Source: Podarcis bocagei
Lineage: Eukaryota
Length of the DNA stretch: 64,000 nucleotides
Assembly (NCBI GenBank): GCA_964188305.1
Contig: OZ076886.1
Strand: one strand, 5' to 3'
In this document: piece after piece, positions 14,923 to 27,822 of the stretch
Layout: the number at the start of each line of letters is the position of its first letter
Numbering within the stretch: the stretch's first letter is position 1
The notes under the pieces: generated by a model
The model's database searches: none
Seen by the model: the letters and a program-made list of their open reading frames with translations, nothing else
What the model was told of the DNA's origin: nothing
Program-made: the position numbers and the translations under genes

Positions 14923-15060
14923 TCTGGCCAGCCTTCTCCTGTAGATACAGTGAAAAGAGTAAGAAGCGCCCACAACACGTTGTCATAATGGAACTCATAT
15001 TTCTTCCATTCTCGTTTCTCAGCCTTCACGTCATCCTTCTCATAGACTAAGTACTCTCCC
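14923..15060 (-). CDS. CACNA1A: exon 27 (domain III pore, TGEGW): [45 protein letters not shown](D)
   Basis: atcag acceptor, gtaagt donor, 138 nt. Confidence 0.97.
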
Positions 15061-15693
15061 CTGATGGAGATCAAGAGAAACATTCAGGGACATGCTACAA
15101 CAATGAAGTGGGCAATTTGGCAGGATATGTTATGGTGCAAATAGTTGCTTTGCCAGTGATTGGAGCTTCAGTCTCTGTGTGAATATAAGGAGTGTCTGAA
15201 CCTTTTATTCATGTTATCACACAAAAGTTAATCCAGATAGTTAATGATCACACTTTAGCTGGTATAACAGCCTCATTTCAGGGTGCTTAAGTGGAGCTGA
15301 TTCACTTAGCTCCAACACAATAGCTCTTAATAGGTCTGATCTGTATAAACTACAGTTACTTCATTAACTTGACTGACACTGATGTACACCAGTTTAAGAT
15401 TTGGCTGTGTTATTAGTAAGATAATAACTGAGCTATGCTGTGATTACACTATGGATCTGGGTTATTTGTATTATTATTCTTGATTATATTTACTTAATGG
15501 TGAGATATAAAATCAGAATAACAAACAATACTAACAAGTACACAGCAAAATATAAACCAGGAACTACAGCATTAGAATTCATTTGCCTGCTCTGATGTAG
15601 TAGGGAACACAACATGAGAAATGCAACCTGCAAGCTCCAATCTAATTTGGGTTTTGAGTCTATAACTCTAGAGAAGAGACATAAAAGTTCTTA

Positions 15694-15930
<237 letters not shown>

Positions 15931-17448
15931 CTAGAAAGAACACAGGGTTCTGGTAAGGGTTTGCTAGATAACTTATTAGAATGTATATCCAGCCAACCGA
16001 AGTGGCTTAAAGAAAACTCCAAATCAGCTTGCAAAAAAAATGGACATACAACACCAAATATAAAATCAAGCTAAATTAACAATTGTACGCAGCACTAAAA
16101 TATCAGCACTAAACAAATGAATAAAAACTAGTTTAAGAGCTGCAGACCATAAAATTGCAGAACACAGCAATTCAATCTGATGTGAAACATTTATTAAAAT
16201 AAGTAAGTAGAAATATTCAAAAGCCCTTTAAAAACAGATAGAAATCCAGTGGATTCCCACAGAGGATACTCCACTATCTTGCTTCCACCACCTACCTCTC
16301 TTGCAGCTGCCTATATGAAAGCAGAGCCTCTCAAGGGCTGAGAAATCACTGTGGGAGCAGGCAACTTCTGAGGAAGCCAAGTCCCAAGCTGTCTGCATAA
16401 CCACAGAAGTACCTATTTCTTGAAAATCCTCAGCCCATCCAAAAATAATTTCAAGTTCCTCCAGAACAGAGCAATAACTTGTCCCCACAAAGAGGATTCC
16501 ATCCTTTTTGCTACTTATAGATAAAGCTGTGTTAGTCTATTGTAGCAAGAGGGAGTCTAGCTCTCTTATTTATTACATAAATCTTCATGGATTAGAGTCC
16601 ACTTAATCAGATGCATGAAATGTTATCCTCATTTTGCAGAATTATGGTTGGAAAACAGGCACAGCTATGCTTAGGTATAGATGGACCCATTAAAGTCTGG
16701 TCCATCCCAGTTCTCACAGGTGATGGGACTAAATTCATCCCATCCCATTTTCAGGCAGATTTTAAATGGAAAATTATTTAAAATGCACCTAGAAACACAC
16801 ATGTTAAAGTACTTATAAGGCAGTCTGATGGTTGCATACTCTCTCCAGTCCCCCCCCCCCCATTTTTCTATTTATAGCTTCAGGAATAGTGTATGCAACC
16901 ACCCGGAGCCTAAGCAGCTGGCATGGGGGGGGGGCTCCTTGCTTTCAATATGCATAGAGCAAGACTCCCTGAGAACAACAGTACTTGATATCATTCTGTC
17001 ACTCCCAGAAAGAACTGTATGAGGGGAAACGGCTGCCCCAATATTTACATGCATTTTAAAGGGAGGGAAGTTCAGAGAAGGGTTGGAGGCAGCACAGAGC
17101 CTGCAGATCCCCTCATAATGGAATTCACTGGACTGTGGATTCTGAAGATGATCCAGGTCATGCATGATCTGTCTGGATTGTGTAAGGGTAGGGTGGATTC
17201 TTCCTCCATCCCTAACTATGATCCAATTCAAAGGACACTGAGAGATGCTTATGGAGAGAAAATACAGAAACCCCTCCCTTTGTTTCACTAGATCTCATGC
17301 ATGAAAGCGTCTGAAGGCTGGGTCCAACCTTCTTCTCACTCTAACCACACCCACATTTTCTTTCTTAAACTGTTGATTTACATCCCCCCAAAACAACAAT
17401 GATTATATAGTTCCATCAATGTACATCTCCATCTTTTTTTTGCTGCTA

Positions 17449-17616
<168 letters not shown>

Positions 17617-18354
17617 TTACAATGTTCTAGACAGAGGACTGCCAAAGGGAGATATATACTCATGCTATCCGCTAACCTTTTTGTCATCCATACTACTTTT
17701 AAGGTTCTGTTGTAACAGTCGCATCTACCTTTTCCAGTTACCACTCCATTCTTGCCATTCCTTAAGCTGCTTTACCCTTTTTTATATGCTTTTGATTCCA
17801 CCCACCACTTCATCTGTATTGGTACCCTTTCAGCTCATACCCTTTCTGTTCACCAGCACCATAGGATTTAGATCCCTTGTGAAGAATTCCTCAAGGTGCT
17901 AAGAAGTTGGAATGCTCCGTCCCAAGGCATGTGCTCCTCAAAAAAGAAAATAGCCTGGTCTAGAAGTAACATTTTCAAAGGGGGTTCAAATATTGCTGGA
18001 TGTATTCTTTAACTGTTGTTACCAGATTCACTGAGAAAGCATAGAAGGTGCTGTGAGGTGTATTGGAGTGTTACAAGGCAATGGCACTCATTGATACCAG
18101 CTGATACACAGCACTAAAGTATTCAACAGCAGTCCTCAACTCAGTTTCAATTTCCTTTAAAGTTCAAACCTTGCCAGTCAAGTTATCCTGCCTGTTTTTA
18201 TGCTACCCTATATTAGTTTCGCCTCATCTCCTGTGCTACTAAAGTTGTCTTCTCCCAGTTTTGTAAAGTGCACACACATACAATGCCAAGAATCATTACA
18301 GCCTTACTAAGGTTTACATTTCTCAGATCATAACTGGCTATGCATTTGTGTGTA

Positions 18355-18718
18355 AGGTAAAGGTAAAAGGTAAAGGGACCCCTGACCATTAGGTCCAGTT
18401 GTGACCGACTCTGGGGTTGTGGGGCTCATCTCGCTTTATTGGCCGAGGAAGCCAGCGTACAGATTCCAGATCATGTGGCCAGCATGACTAAGCTGCTTCT
18501 GGTGAACCAGAGCAGCGCACGGAAACACCGTTTACCTTCCCGCCAGAGAAGGTCTACTTGCACTTATCTACTTGCACTTTGACATGCTTTCGAACTGCTA
18601 GGTGGGCAGGAGCAGGGACCGAGCAACGAGAGCTCACCCCGTCGCGGGGATTCGAACTACCGACCTTCTGATCAGCAAGTCCTAGGCTCTGTGGTTTAAC
18701 CCACAGCGCCACCCACAC
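18355..18718 (-). mobile_element. near full-length Sauria SINE (Podarcis POM-type)
   Basis: (ACCTTT)n tail, tRNA-like head GGTGGCGCTGTGGGTTAAACC...GTTCGAATCCCC, 8-bp TSD tgtgtgta at 18347-18354 and 18719-18726. Confidence 0.9.
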
Positions 18719-21070
18719 TGTGTGTACATCATATCAAATGAAGGGGGGCATTTAAAAACAGGATTCTCCTAAGAATGGGGAAAATAACAAAGGAAGAAGT
18801 TGCAGCCTGAATTAATGCTCTCACTGTGCTGCTTCAGGAACCCATGCCGAAGCGAAGCAGAATATGTTGATGCTGTTAGAAACATATACTAGCTTTATGC
18901 AGATAACTTATACAGAACCAACAGAACACAGAAATGTGGGAAGCCCCTTACAGACCTGCTACAAATTGAAAGAATACAAAGTACACCTACAGAATCTTTA
19001 TAGCCCTGAGGCATAAAAAAACACATATTCAAACATACTGGGTGCTTTGGTTGTTGTTGTTGTAGTAGTAGTTGTAGCTGTTATTATATCATGTAGTAAA
19101 GCCTTCCTGGGACTGTACTACTGTACTTCAGAATGCAGATGGGTGGCATGGCATATTTCATGACAAAAATTCTTGTATGTTGAAAGCCAGCACCCCAGTG
19201 AGAATGCTTGCACATCTATGAGAATTGTTCTAGCCTATCCTTCTCCATTACACATTAGTTTTCCAATCCCAGAGAATTTTTGGTATGGGGAGAATTAAAA
19301 GTTTATTCTGCAGTAGTCCCGTCGTTGGATGACTGTTCAATATGCTTTTCCTTAACCTATCCACTGGCTCACATTCTGTTTGCATCCAGATAACCTAGAA
19401 CCTTCTCTCCAGCAGTAAGATAGAATTCCATCTCTGCCTTCAGTGCACAACACACATGCAAAGGTGAGAGTAGCAATATGCTAAAGTTCTTCAGTCCCAT
19501 TTAGCTCCACCTTGTCAATTTTTCTTATTGGATGAAAAAGTGAAAAAGAAGACGACAAGGACATATTCCTGGAATCGATTCCTAGTTTGGAGAAATATAT
19601 AATCTCTTCTCATCTTCTACAAGAAGCCACTGAAAGCCAGCCCCACCGTTAGGCAGAGCAGGGAAGCTGATTTTGGAAATCATGAATATGCAGCAAATTG
19701 TTAGCTATTTAATTTATTAATGTTGTTGTATTTTTACCAGCTGGGGTGGTAAGAGAAACTTGTATATGCCTACAATAAAGCACTGCAAGTCCACTACAAC
19801 ACAGCTTTTCTAATAGCGGGTGTATTTGAGGCATATATATAATAAATTATAGTTATAATTTAAGGAAACATTTAAGCAACATGACTGTATTACAGGAGAG
19901 CTATTATAACTACAGCTGCTTCACAGGCCCTGCTATCTAACATACACTTCTGCGAGGAGCACTCTTTCTTTTACACTTCTGGTTCAACACATGTGAATAG
20001 CCTCATACTATAAAGAGAGTGGCAAAACCTTTTCTCAGAAATGCACTGCTGGAGAGATGGTTTTCAAACTTTTGAGTGAACATATATTCAATGGAGAGCC
20101 AACAAAGCCACTTGGAGAAGAGCTCCCGATTATAATCCTTCCAAAAGTCAGACACAAAGGGAAAGAGTTCTGACAGCTAGATAATCTCTCATGACACTTT
20201 TAATAAAATGACAGTTTTAGATGCCAGAAAATGCAAAACGGATGCCTAGTAGTGACATATTCCAGCTTGATCCTATTAGCACTCTCTGGCCATGACATTC
20301 CCAAACACTGTCATTTTCCAGCATAAATGTTTAACATTACTGAAAATAGCTAGCCTGCAGAACAAAGAGACAGAAGAATTGTCTGTTTGGGCATAACATA
20401 TTTCCATAGTTGTGAGAATGCCCTGCTTATTTGCGTTATATCTCTATTCACCAGAAGACTTTCCTTCGAACAACAGTGAGCCCCAGGCTTTACAGCCAAG
20501 CAAACTATGCTCTCCCACTCCCTCCTGGACAGAACAAAAGCACAAGGGAGGCTAGATTTTTTTATTAAAAAAACAACAACTCCCAAGCAGATGCCCCAGG
20601 GCCGTTTTTGTTGCTGTTGTGTGTAGATGACAACAGGCCTCTAGGAAGTAGCACCCTGTCCTATGACTGCTCAGTGCAGTTGGATGTTCCCAAAGTCTCT
20701 AGCACGTGGGGGCTTTCTTTTTAAAGCTGATGTTATTTCTAATCACCATCCTTGTCCTTCATCCTTGACAACATTAGCATATCATGAGTTCCTGGCACAA
20801 GTAGGATTTCAATACATTTCAAGCAGGTTGCAGTAGAATGTTCTGTTCAGTGCACATCATGGCCATTGCAGAGTCCCAGAGAGTGAAATCCTGACAGTAA
20901 AATACAGTGATCCCAACTCAGTGATGCAACCTACAACAGTACTAACTGAATGGCTGATGTTTGGAGAGACGAAAGGAGCTCTAAAATGTCTTCCCTTCCA
21001 GCCACATTAGCCAAAGTGATGCATAACCAAGATCACATAGATAAATAGAATGTGTACCAGAGAGTGAGTG

Positions 21071-21071
<1 letters not shown>

Positions 21072-21124
<53 letters not shown>
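21072..21124. repeat. (GAAA)n microsatellite
   Basis: read directly from sequence. Confidence 0.95.
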
Positions 21125-21125
<1 letters not shown>

Positions 21126-21151
21126 GAAAGAGACAGACAGAAAGACTTTAC

Positions 21152-21163
21152 CGTGTGCTGCTC
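21152..21163 (-). CDS. CACNA1A: alternative microexon e24a (12 nt, GAGCAGCACACG), inserts SSTR in the IIIS3-S4 linker
   Basis: Long pyrimidine tract ending cactgccacttcacaacag|GAGCAGCACACG|gtaaag. In phase 2 it gives T-SSTR-G, the peptide known for rodent Cav2.1 e24a. Confidence 0.92.
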
Positions 21164-24100
21164 CTGTTGTGAAGTGGCAGTGAAAGGGAAGAGACAAGGA
21201 AAGTGAGTAACATTAAGAAAGAGAACACACAACATAAACCCCAAACGAACCCAATACCACATGCTGGCTCTGTTCAGGGAGGTTTCTGAACCAAATAGGT
21301 TTTTCTTGCACCCTTCTTTGGCGGCTGCCTTGAAACACAGGGTAGTAATGTGCTACAACTGTTTAGCTACAGATCTTAGGCTAAACAAGATCAAAGCCTT
21401 GGTGTTGAGAAAATCCTTCATGCCAGCTCAGCTGGAAACCTGGGAAGTTTCCAGCATCACTGGAGAAAGCATTTCTTACAAAGAAAACAAACCTGTCTAC
21501 CCTTGCTCATCCAAAAACAAACAACAAACACAAAAAACCACCTGAGGGCAAAGGGCAGCAGCCAAAGGCGCTTCAAAAAATCTTATTCATGTCTTATGTG
21601 GAGCTTACTCACATTCAGATTGTACTTGTTTTTTATTCAAGGCTTAATCTTTACCCTAAATTTACATATCCTTATTCTTTAAAGCTTTTTGGTCTTTCAT
21701 TCAGCATCCATTTCTTGATGTGCTTACTTGGATTTATATACTAATTTCCACTGACATAAAAATCAAGGCATCAAATTCCAATGGTTACACAAATCCTGAC
21801 TAAGGAATGAAAATGAAGAGGAGTTTGATTGAAATATCAAGTCTTTATAACTAAGCACGCTTAGTAGGGACAAAGGCTGCAATCCTAACCCCACCTAACT
21901 GAGAGTAAGCAGCACTGAATTCAATAGGACATATTTTGTAGTAGGCATGGTTAGGATTTTAAGTGCGACTTGGTTCCAAATAAACATATGTGGGATCAGG
22001 TTGCATGCCTCACCACATGACATGGGAAGCTAATTAGGCTGTTTAGGTCTGGGACACTGTTTAACAATTCTCAGTTCAGTCCTTACTTCTAAGCTAGTAC
22101 AAATAAAAACTATTGTTTCATGAAGCTCTACTAACTTTCCCTATCAAGGTGATTATTCTTTTGTCCAAATACAGATAGCAATAGTGGTGGGGGAGGCCAA
22201 GCTCTCATCAGCACAAATTTTTTTGGACCTAGGTGGGGTAATAGCAATTATCTCGACACTCCTCCGGTGATCCGAAGTTCCAGTCTAGAACAGTGGCTAT
22301 GAAATGAGTTTACAATCCAGAATCTAGTTGCTTAACACACTGGTGTGGCTACTACTGATGCAATAGTATGAATAAACATAACGTAGTGGACTACAGAGCA
22401 GTTTATACAGTCAGATGACAGCAACACAGCTGAAAAACAATCCAGACCCTTGTACATTTAATTGAAGCTGGCATGATTGGCTCAAAAACATTTTCTATAT
22501 GCTGATGAAAATTTTAATGAAACTGATGAGAGATGAGAGAAGAACAAACCAGATCACCAGTGATATAGAATGCATAAGAAAGAGAGGAAAGGAAAAGTGC
22601 AGTAGAGGGTGGCAAGTTCCATCAGAGTAATAAATGACTGGGAAACACAACCACCAACAATGTCGCTGCAAAGTTGTTTGCACTGACTTTTTAAATGCCA
22701 GCTATGTCAGACATTAATCCTATTCCACCACTCTTCTATGGTGGCAATTGTGAGATTATAAAAGAAAATGAGACCCATTGTCTCCAGGAGCCCCAAATCT
22801 CTGATAAATCTGTCAGATACCCATCATCTCTACTAATGCACCCCATATACTCTTCCATAGCTCTTGCTGCCCTTATTGTTTTTGAAGCAGAAGCACTGTC
22901 CTAGTCAGATCTCCAAGGCTGAGTAGATAAGCATGTGCATGTTGGATCAGTAGAATAAATGCTAATCTATTGCAAGGTGAATTCACAGCTCCCATTCTTC
23001 AGTCCTGCAGGTACAGGATCAAGTTCCATTGTGTTAAGATATTTTAAAAAATAGGATATCTGGAAGAGTGAGCTACGGCAGGCCTTACAGACAATTACAC
23101 TTTCACCCTGCTACACAACCCAGGTACATAGGCTTGCCTTACAGGGACATAGGCTTGCCTTAGTCACAAGTTCACAACACTACTGGAGCTTGCCTTTCCA
23201 TGTGATGGCACTGGCTCAGTGCCACGTGCTGCATATGTGACACCTGATTAGAAACTTTAGTCACCATTCCAGGATTTCAGCCTCAGTTCTTCCCCAAGCT
23301 TGTTCTATGTCTGGCTACTTAAGAGATATGCTAGAACTGTAAGACTACCTTCACCTGAGACGGCTACAGAGGAACTCGCAGTACCATCATGACAACAAAT
23401 AATCATGAATAAAAAGGACATATGGAGGGGTTCGTAAGCGAAGCATTGCGGCCTCAGGTGAGAACTGAAGGTTTCAAATGTTCACTCTGTATTCAGGCTG
23501 CTTTGCCCATCGCCTCAGGACAAAAAAAAATAAAATGTAAGAATAACATGCTGTTAAAGGTGTGTGATCTGGGAAAAGAGGCTGAAACACCTCCAGATTA
23601 AATCTCGCCCGGGCATGACTGGAGACAGCAACCCTGAGACCCCAGTGCATGAGTGCAAGCACTTTTGAGGAGGCCATAGCACGTTCCTAGGTTCATGCAG
23701 AGAGCCAAAAACTATAGAAGAAAGTTGCAGATGCACGGAAGAGCTGGAAAATGGGTGCAAGGCATGCAGGTAGGGAGAAAATAAGGTGGCTATTCCAGGA
23801 GAAAGGCTGACTGCACTAATCTGGTAACCTTTGGGTTGCTGAGGAATCTCCTACCATCCTTGTGGTTTGTAGATAGAAAATATAAGATAAGGTTGCATTA
23901 ATAATTTTTTTCTCATGCATCACAAGAGCCTGATGCTGAATGATGGAGTGCAGAGCACCTCATAAAAACTGCCCATGAACTTCAAGATTTCTGGCTTTGA
24001 TGAATTTTGGGATAAAGACACTAGGCAACTAACTGTTCACTAGCAGAAGCCTGCACAAGGACAACCCCAACTACTACTGGGCTTTCCTCCTCTTCTCCTT

Positions 24101-24817
24101 CCACATAACCCCCAAATTGGCTTGGAGGGTGGGTACTGAGAGAACCCTCAGGACAGCACATGAGGGGAGGAGAGAGGACGTTCCATCAGGCAGCAATGCT
24201 TGCCCTGATGAAGCAATTTCCTTAGTGCTATGTTGCATTCCTTCCACTGCAAATGCATATGGAACTTCACCTGCTCGCATACTCAGAAAACCTTGTTACA
24301 CTTGCCTCCACTTCACCCCCCAACTCCCTGTTTTTCTAACCACAATTTAAATGGTAAACTCACTGGGGCTGAAGGATTGTTTTTTCTTCATGGGTTGCAG
24401 TGGCAGGGCTTAACCAAATGACATGGCCACCACCACATCCACACAGCCTCACCACTCACTCCAGCCAGGGCAGAAAGGGAGTGGGAAACAAAAAAATGCC
24501 CTAATGCTATGCCAGCTCCCAAGCTGGCATAGTGAAGAGGCCCAGATTGGGCCCATTGGCATCATGTGATATGACCTTTCCCTGTTATGGGGTTTACCCT
24601 GACTACATCCAGTGGTGATATTGCTGGTGGTAGCTTCTGCCTGACTGCCATTTATGCAGGCACATTGAGGTACAGTGGTGAAACATCTCTGCTGGCAGGG
24701 TTGGACAGAGGCTCACCTCTGCCTCATCCAACCTCCCTTCCAGCCAAGTGGACTGGATTGCAGCTTAGGGCTCATCTGCACTTCTGCTTGTCCTGTGCCT
24801 AGAAACAGGGTGAAACT

Positions 24818-25118
24818 AGGCTTTATTTCACCTGGGAGCCTCAATAGTGCCCCTTTCTGGAGCCTTTACCCAGTGCAAAAACCTGGCTAGCTCCCCTGTA
24901 GCTACGGCTCTGCCTAGAAAGCACAGGGCTGAGTGGTTTTCCGCTTGACCTGCTCTTTCTAGGAATGAGTCTGAGTGGTTTCCCCTTGACCCACTCCTTT
25001 CCAAGGGAACACCTGCTCTTTTGCAATAAACAGAACAAATGGCAATCTGGGGGAAATCTGCTAAAGAGCGGTTTCCCCATGAAGAAAACAGCAGGACAAG
25101 AGGAAGTGTGGATAAGCC
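24818..25118. mobile_element. non-autonomous DNA transposon-like element; related inverted copy near 31151-31395
   Basis: shared terminus ggaagtgtggataagcc / ggcttatccacacttcc and internal subrepeats. Confidence 0.45.
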
Positions 25119-26373
25119 TTTAGATTGCCATGCGTGTTAATAGAGCTATAACATGAACAAACAACAGAAGTTGCAACCTATTAGATTGTTCTTTCCTCTT
25201 CTACTACACCTTGGTCCAAGCTCCTAAAAATTATTTCTAGGAGGGAAAATGAATATAGATCTGCACCTTTAGGACTAGTTACCCTTGGAAGAAATTAAGA
25301 CATTCAAATCCTGTCCAGCGTGCTCTGAATCAATCAGCACTACACACTGTGTGCATCCAATTTTCAGCTGAACCGCAGACACATGACACAGGTGTGAGGT
25401 TCCCCAATACTAAGGAGTCTCTGCTTGTTTCTTCCCTTTGACTTCCTTGTTCCATGTGGGAGCAAAGGAAATCAGGAACTGGGACCAGTTCAGTCAAGCC
25501 CTATGATAGGGATAGCCAACCTGGTGACATTTCGGTGCTTATGACTCAAATTCCCATCAGTCCCAACATAGCAAACGGTCAGGGATGATGGGGGTTGTAG
25601 GTTACATTCACACCACACATTAAATGCACTCTTATACCACTTTAACAATCATGGATTTCCCCAAAGAATCCTTGGAATTATGGTTTGTTAAGGGTGCTTA
25701 GAGTTGTTGGCCATCCCTCACAGAGTTAGAATTCCTTAACAAACGACAGTTCCCAGGGTTTTTTTTTTTTTGGGGGGGGAGCCATGACTCTTCAAGTGAA
25801 CAGTGCTTTAACTGGTGTGGGTGTTACAGTGGTCCAGAAATCTGGACGGCACCAGGCTGGCCTCTCTGCCTTATGAAATGGACCAATTGCAGAGGCTGCT
25901 AAGCAGGAAAGTTCTTTTCCAGTATAGGACAGAAAGTTATTGATTCTAAATCACTGTAACTTCATTTATTGATAAAAGTTTGAGACTCAGTTCAGAACTC
26001 CAGACATGATGTATGATGCTTCTGAGAATTCAGGAAATTCCTACTTTTCTTTTCGTATGATGAATGAGATATCTCTGCATCAACCCACCCTCTTTTTTCA
26101 TTCCAGTAAGTTCTTCATTATCCCAGAATAAGCTCCTGTGGAATTCCTGTAAAAAAATTTCACCCCTCAAGATTGTATTCAATGGATATTTTGTCATAGT
26201 TTGAAAAAAGCTAGATTTGTCCAATTATAGCTTTATAGCCTACACCCAAACACAGTTATAATATTATTGGCATCCTAAGAAATTGTTGACAGAATCTTGA
26301 GGCAGCTCTGTGAGGTAATGAGGTACCCAGGCTTGTGGAAGGTCAGAAACAGTCTGACTTCTGCATCTAAATA

Positions 26374-26374
<1 letters not shown>

Positions 26375-26423
<49 letters not shown>
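26375..26423. repeat. (ATT)n microsatellite, tail of a minus-strand LINE 3' end
   Basis: read directly from sequence. Confidence 0.9.
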
Positions 26424-26425
<2 letters not shown>

Positions 26426-26481
26426 TCTACACTGCCCTTCATTCAAAGATCACAGGGCGGTTTACAATATAAAAACACAAA

Positions 26482-27822
26482 CCAGCTTCCGGTTTTCTGT
26501 CATGGCCGTTGGCTGCTTTCCCAGAACACTGGACCCCAATCGTTCAGGTTTTCAGGGTTAATATGGGGGTAATTGGCCCTGCCGATCCCCCCAAGGGTAG
26601 GGGGGACTGGCTGTCACCCGCAGTTCGTCCGATAACTGCTGCTCGCTACAGAATGCGGGGGCAGGGATGCTGGGTGCAAGCACTGCATGAGTTTGCAACT
26701 CTCCAAAGTCATCGCCATGAGCGGGAGATCCCTGTTTCCTAAAATCATTAAAATTCGGACTAAGAAACAGGCGTGTTCTGGAAAGGAGATAAAAAAGACC
26801 TGCTAAACAAAACAATCACTGGATGCCAAGGTGCGGACTTTCATCACTGCACTTTGATTTAAGAGGGGTGAGCGACTTTCTCTTTTATTTCTCATTTGCT
26901 ACTTTGGTGAACCTCACCAAGAAAGAATTACCGTAATTACTCAAAAGAAATGTGGGAGGAACTGTTAAATCAATTTGATATTTGGCTGCGTAGCCATCTG
27001 CGGAGAGCCCCAAGGCAAAAATAAAGATTTGATAAGAAGAAGGCTCGGGTTGAGAAATATGGCGGTGACTGTGGCGGTTGTGATGCAGAAGGAAAATAAA
27101 TGAACTCCCCTTAGGGAAGCAAAAGACATTCAATGGACTGGGAATATCTCACGCAAAAACTGCATTTTGCATGGACTATCTTTATACTTGGATGAATTTG
27201 TGAAGGTAAATTTGTGATTTGTGGCTCGCTCCCCTCCAGGGCCCAGGGGGAGCTGGCTTGGATCCCAGAGGAACAACAATCAACAAATAATTACTGAAAC
27301 TGTGAGATACAGCCTGCGGCATTGTTTTTCTACGGAAAATTTGTATTTCGAGCAACAACTGGTTAAAAGACCTGGAAGGTCACTGTGCCATAAATCTTAC
27401 TAATTAAATAAGAGTTGGAAGAGTGCTCAGAGCATTGGAAAACAAAGATAAAACTGGGATGAAGGAAGGGTCAATTGGGATGACTATGCTTAAATCATTT
27501 AAAGAAGAACAACACAGGGGAAATGCTTCGCATTCGAACAGACTTATGAATCGCGATAGAATCACACCAGTGATTGGAAGAAGATGTTAAGATCGGAATG
27601 GTGAAACTGGGGGAAATACAAGAGAGACGAACGTAGGAACAACTGAAAGAGACTTTCTCTAGACATCCAGAATATGGGAAGCTCCCTTGAATTTTTTATT
27701 TTTTATTTTGGATGTATAATTCACATTATGGTATGATGTGGCAAGATTTGATTTGATTTGTTACCAACTGGAATATTATTAATTGAAAATTAATAAAAAT
27801 GATTTACAAATATATATATATA
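26482..27822 (+). mobile_element. putative 1.3-kb non-autonomous L1-like retroelement nested in a LINE 3' end
   Basis: CpG-rich 5' part, decayed coding-like middle, aataaa plus A/TA-rich tail; the host element appears to resume after it with a possible cacaaa duplication. Confidence 0.45.

Noticed and set aside
18600-18718. tRNA-like A and B boxes
   Set aside because: They belong to the Sauria SINE head, not a tRNA gene.
20330-20390. Strong-looking acceptor ttgttctgcag in intron 24
   Set aside because: No convincing partner donor or regulatory motifs; decoy acceptors are common in long introns.
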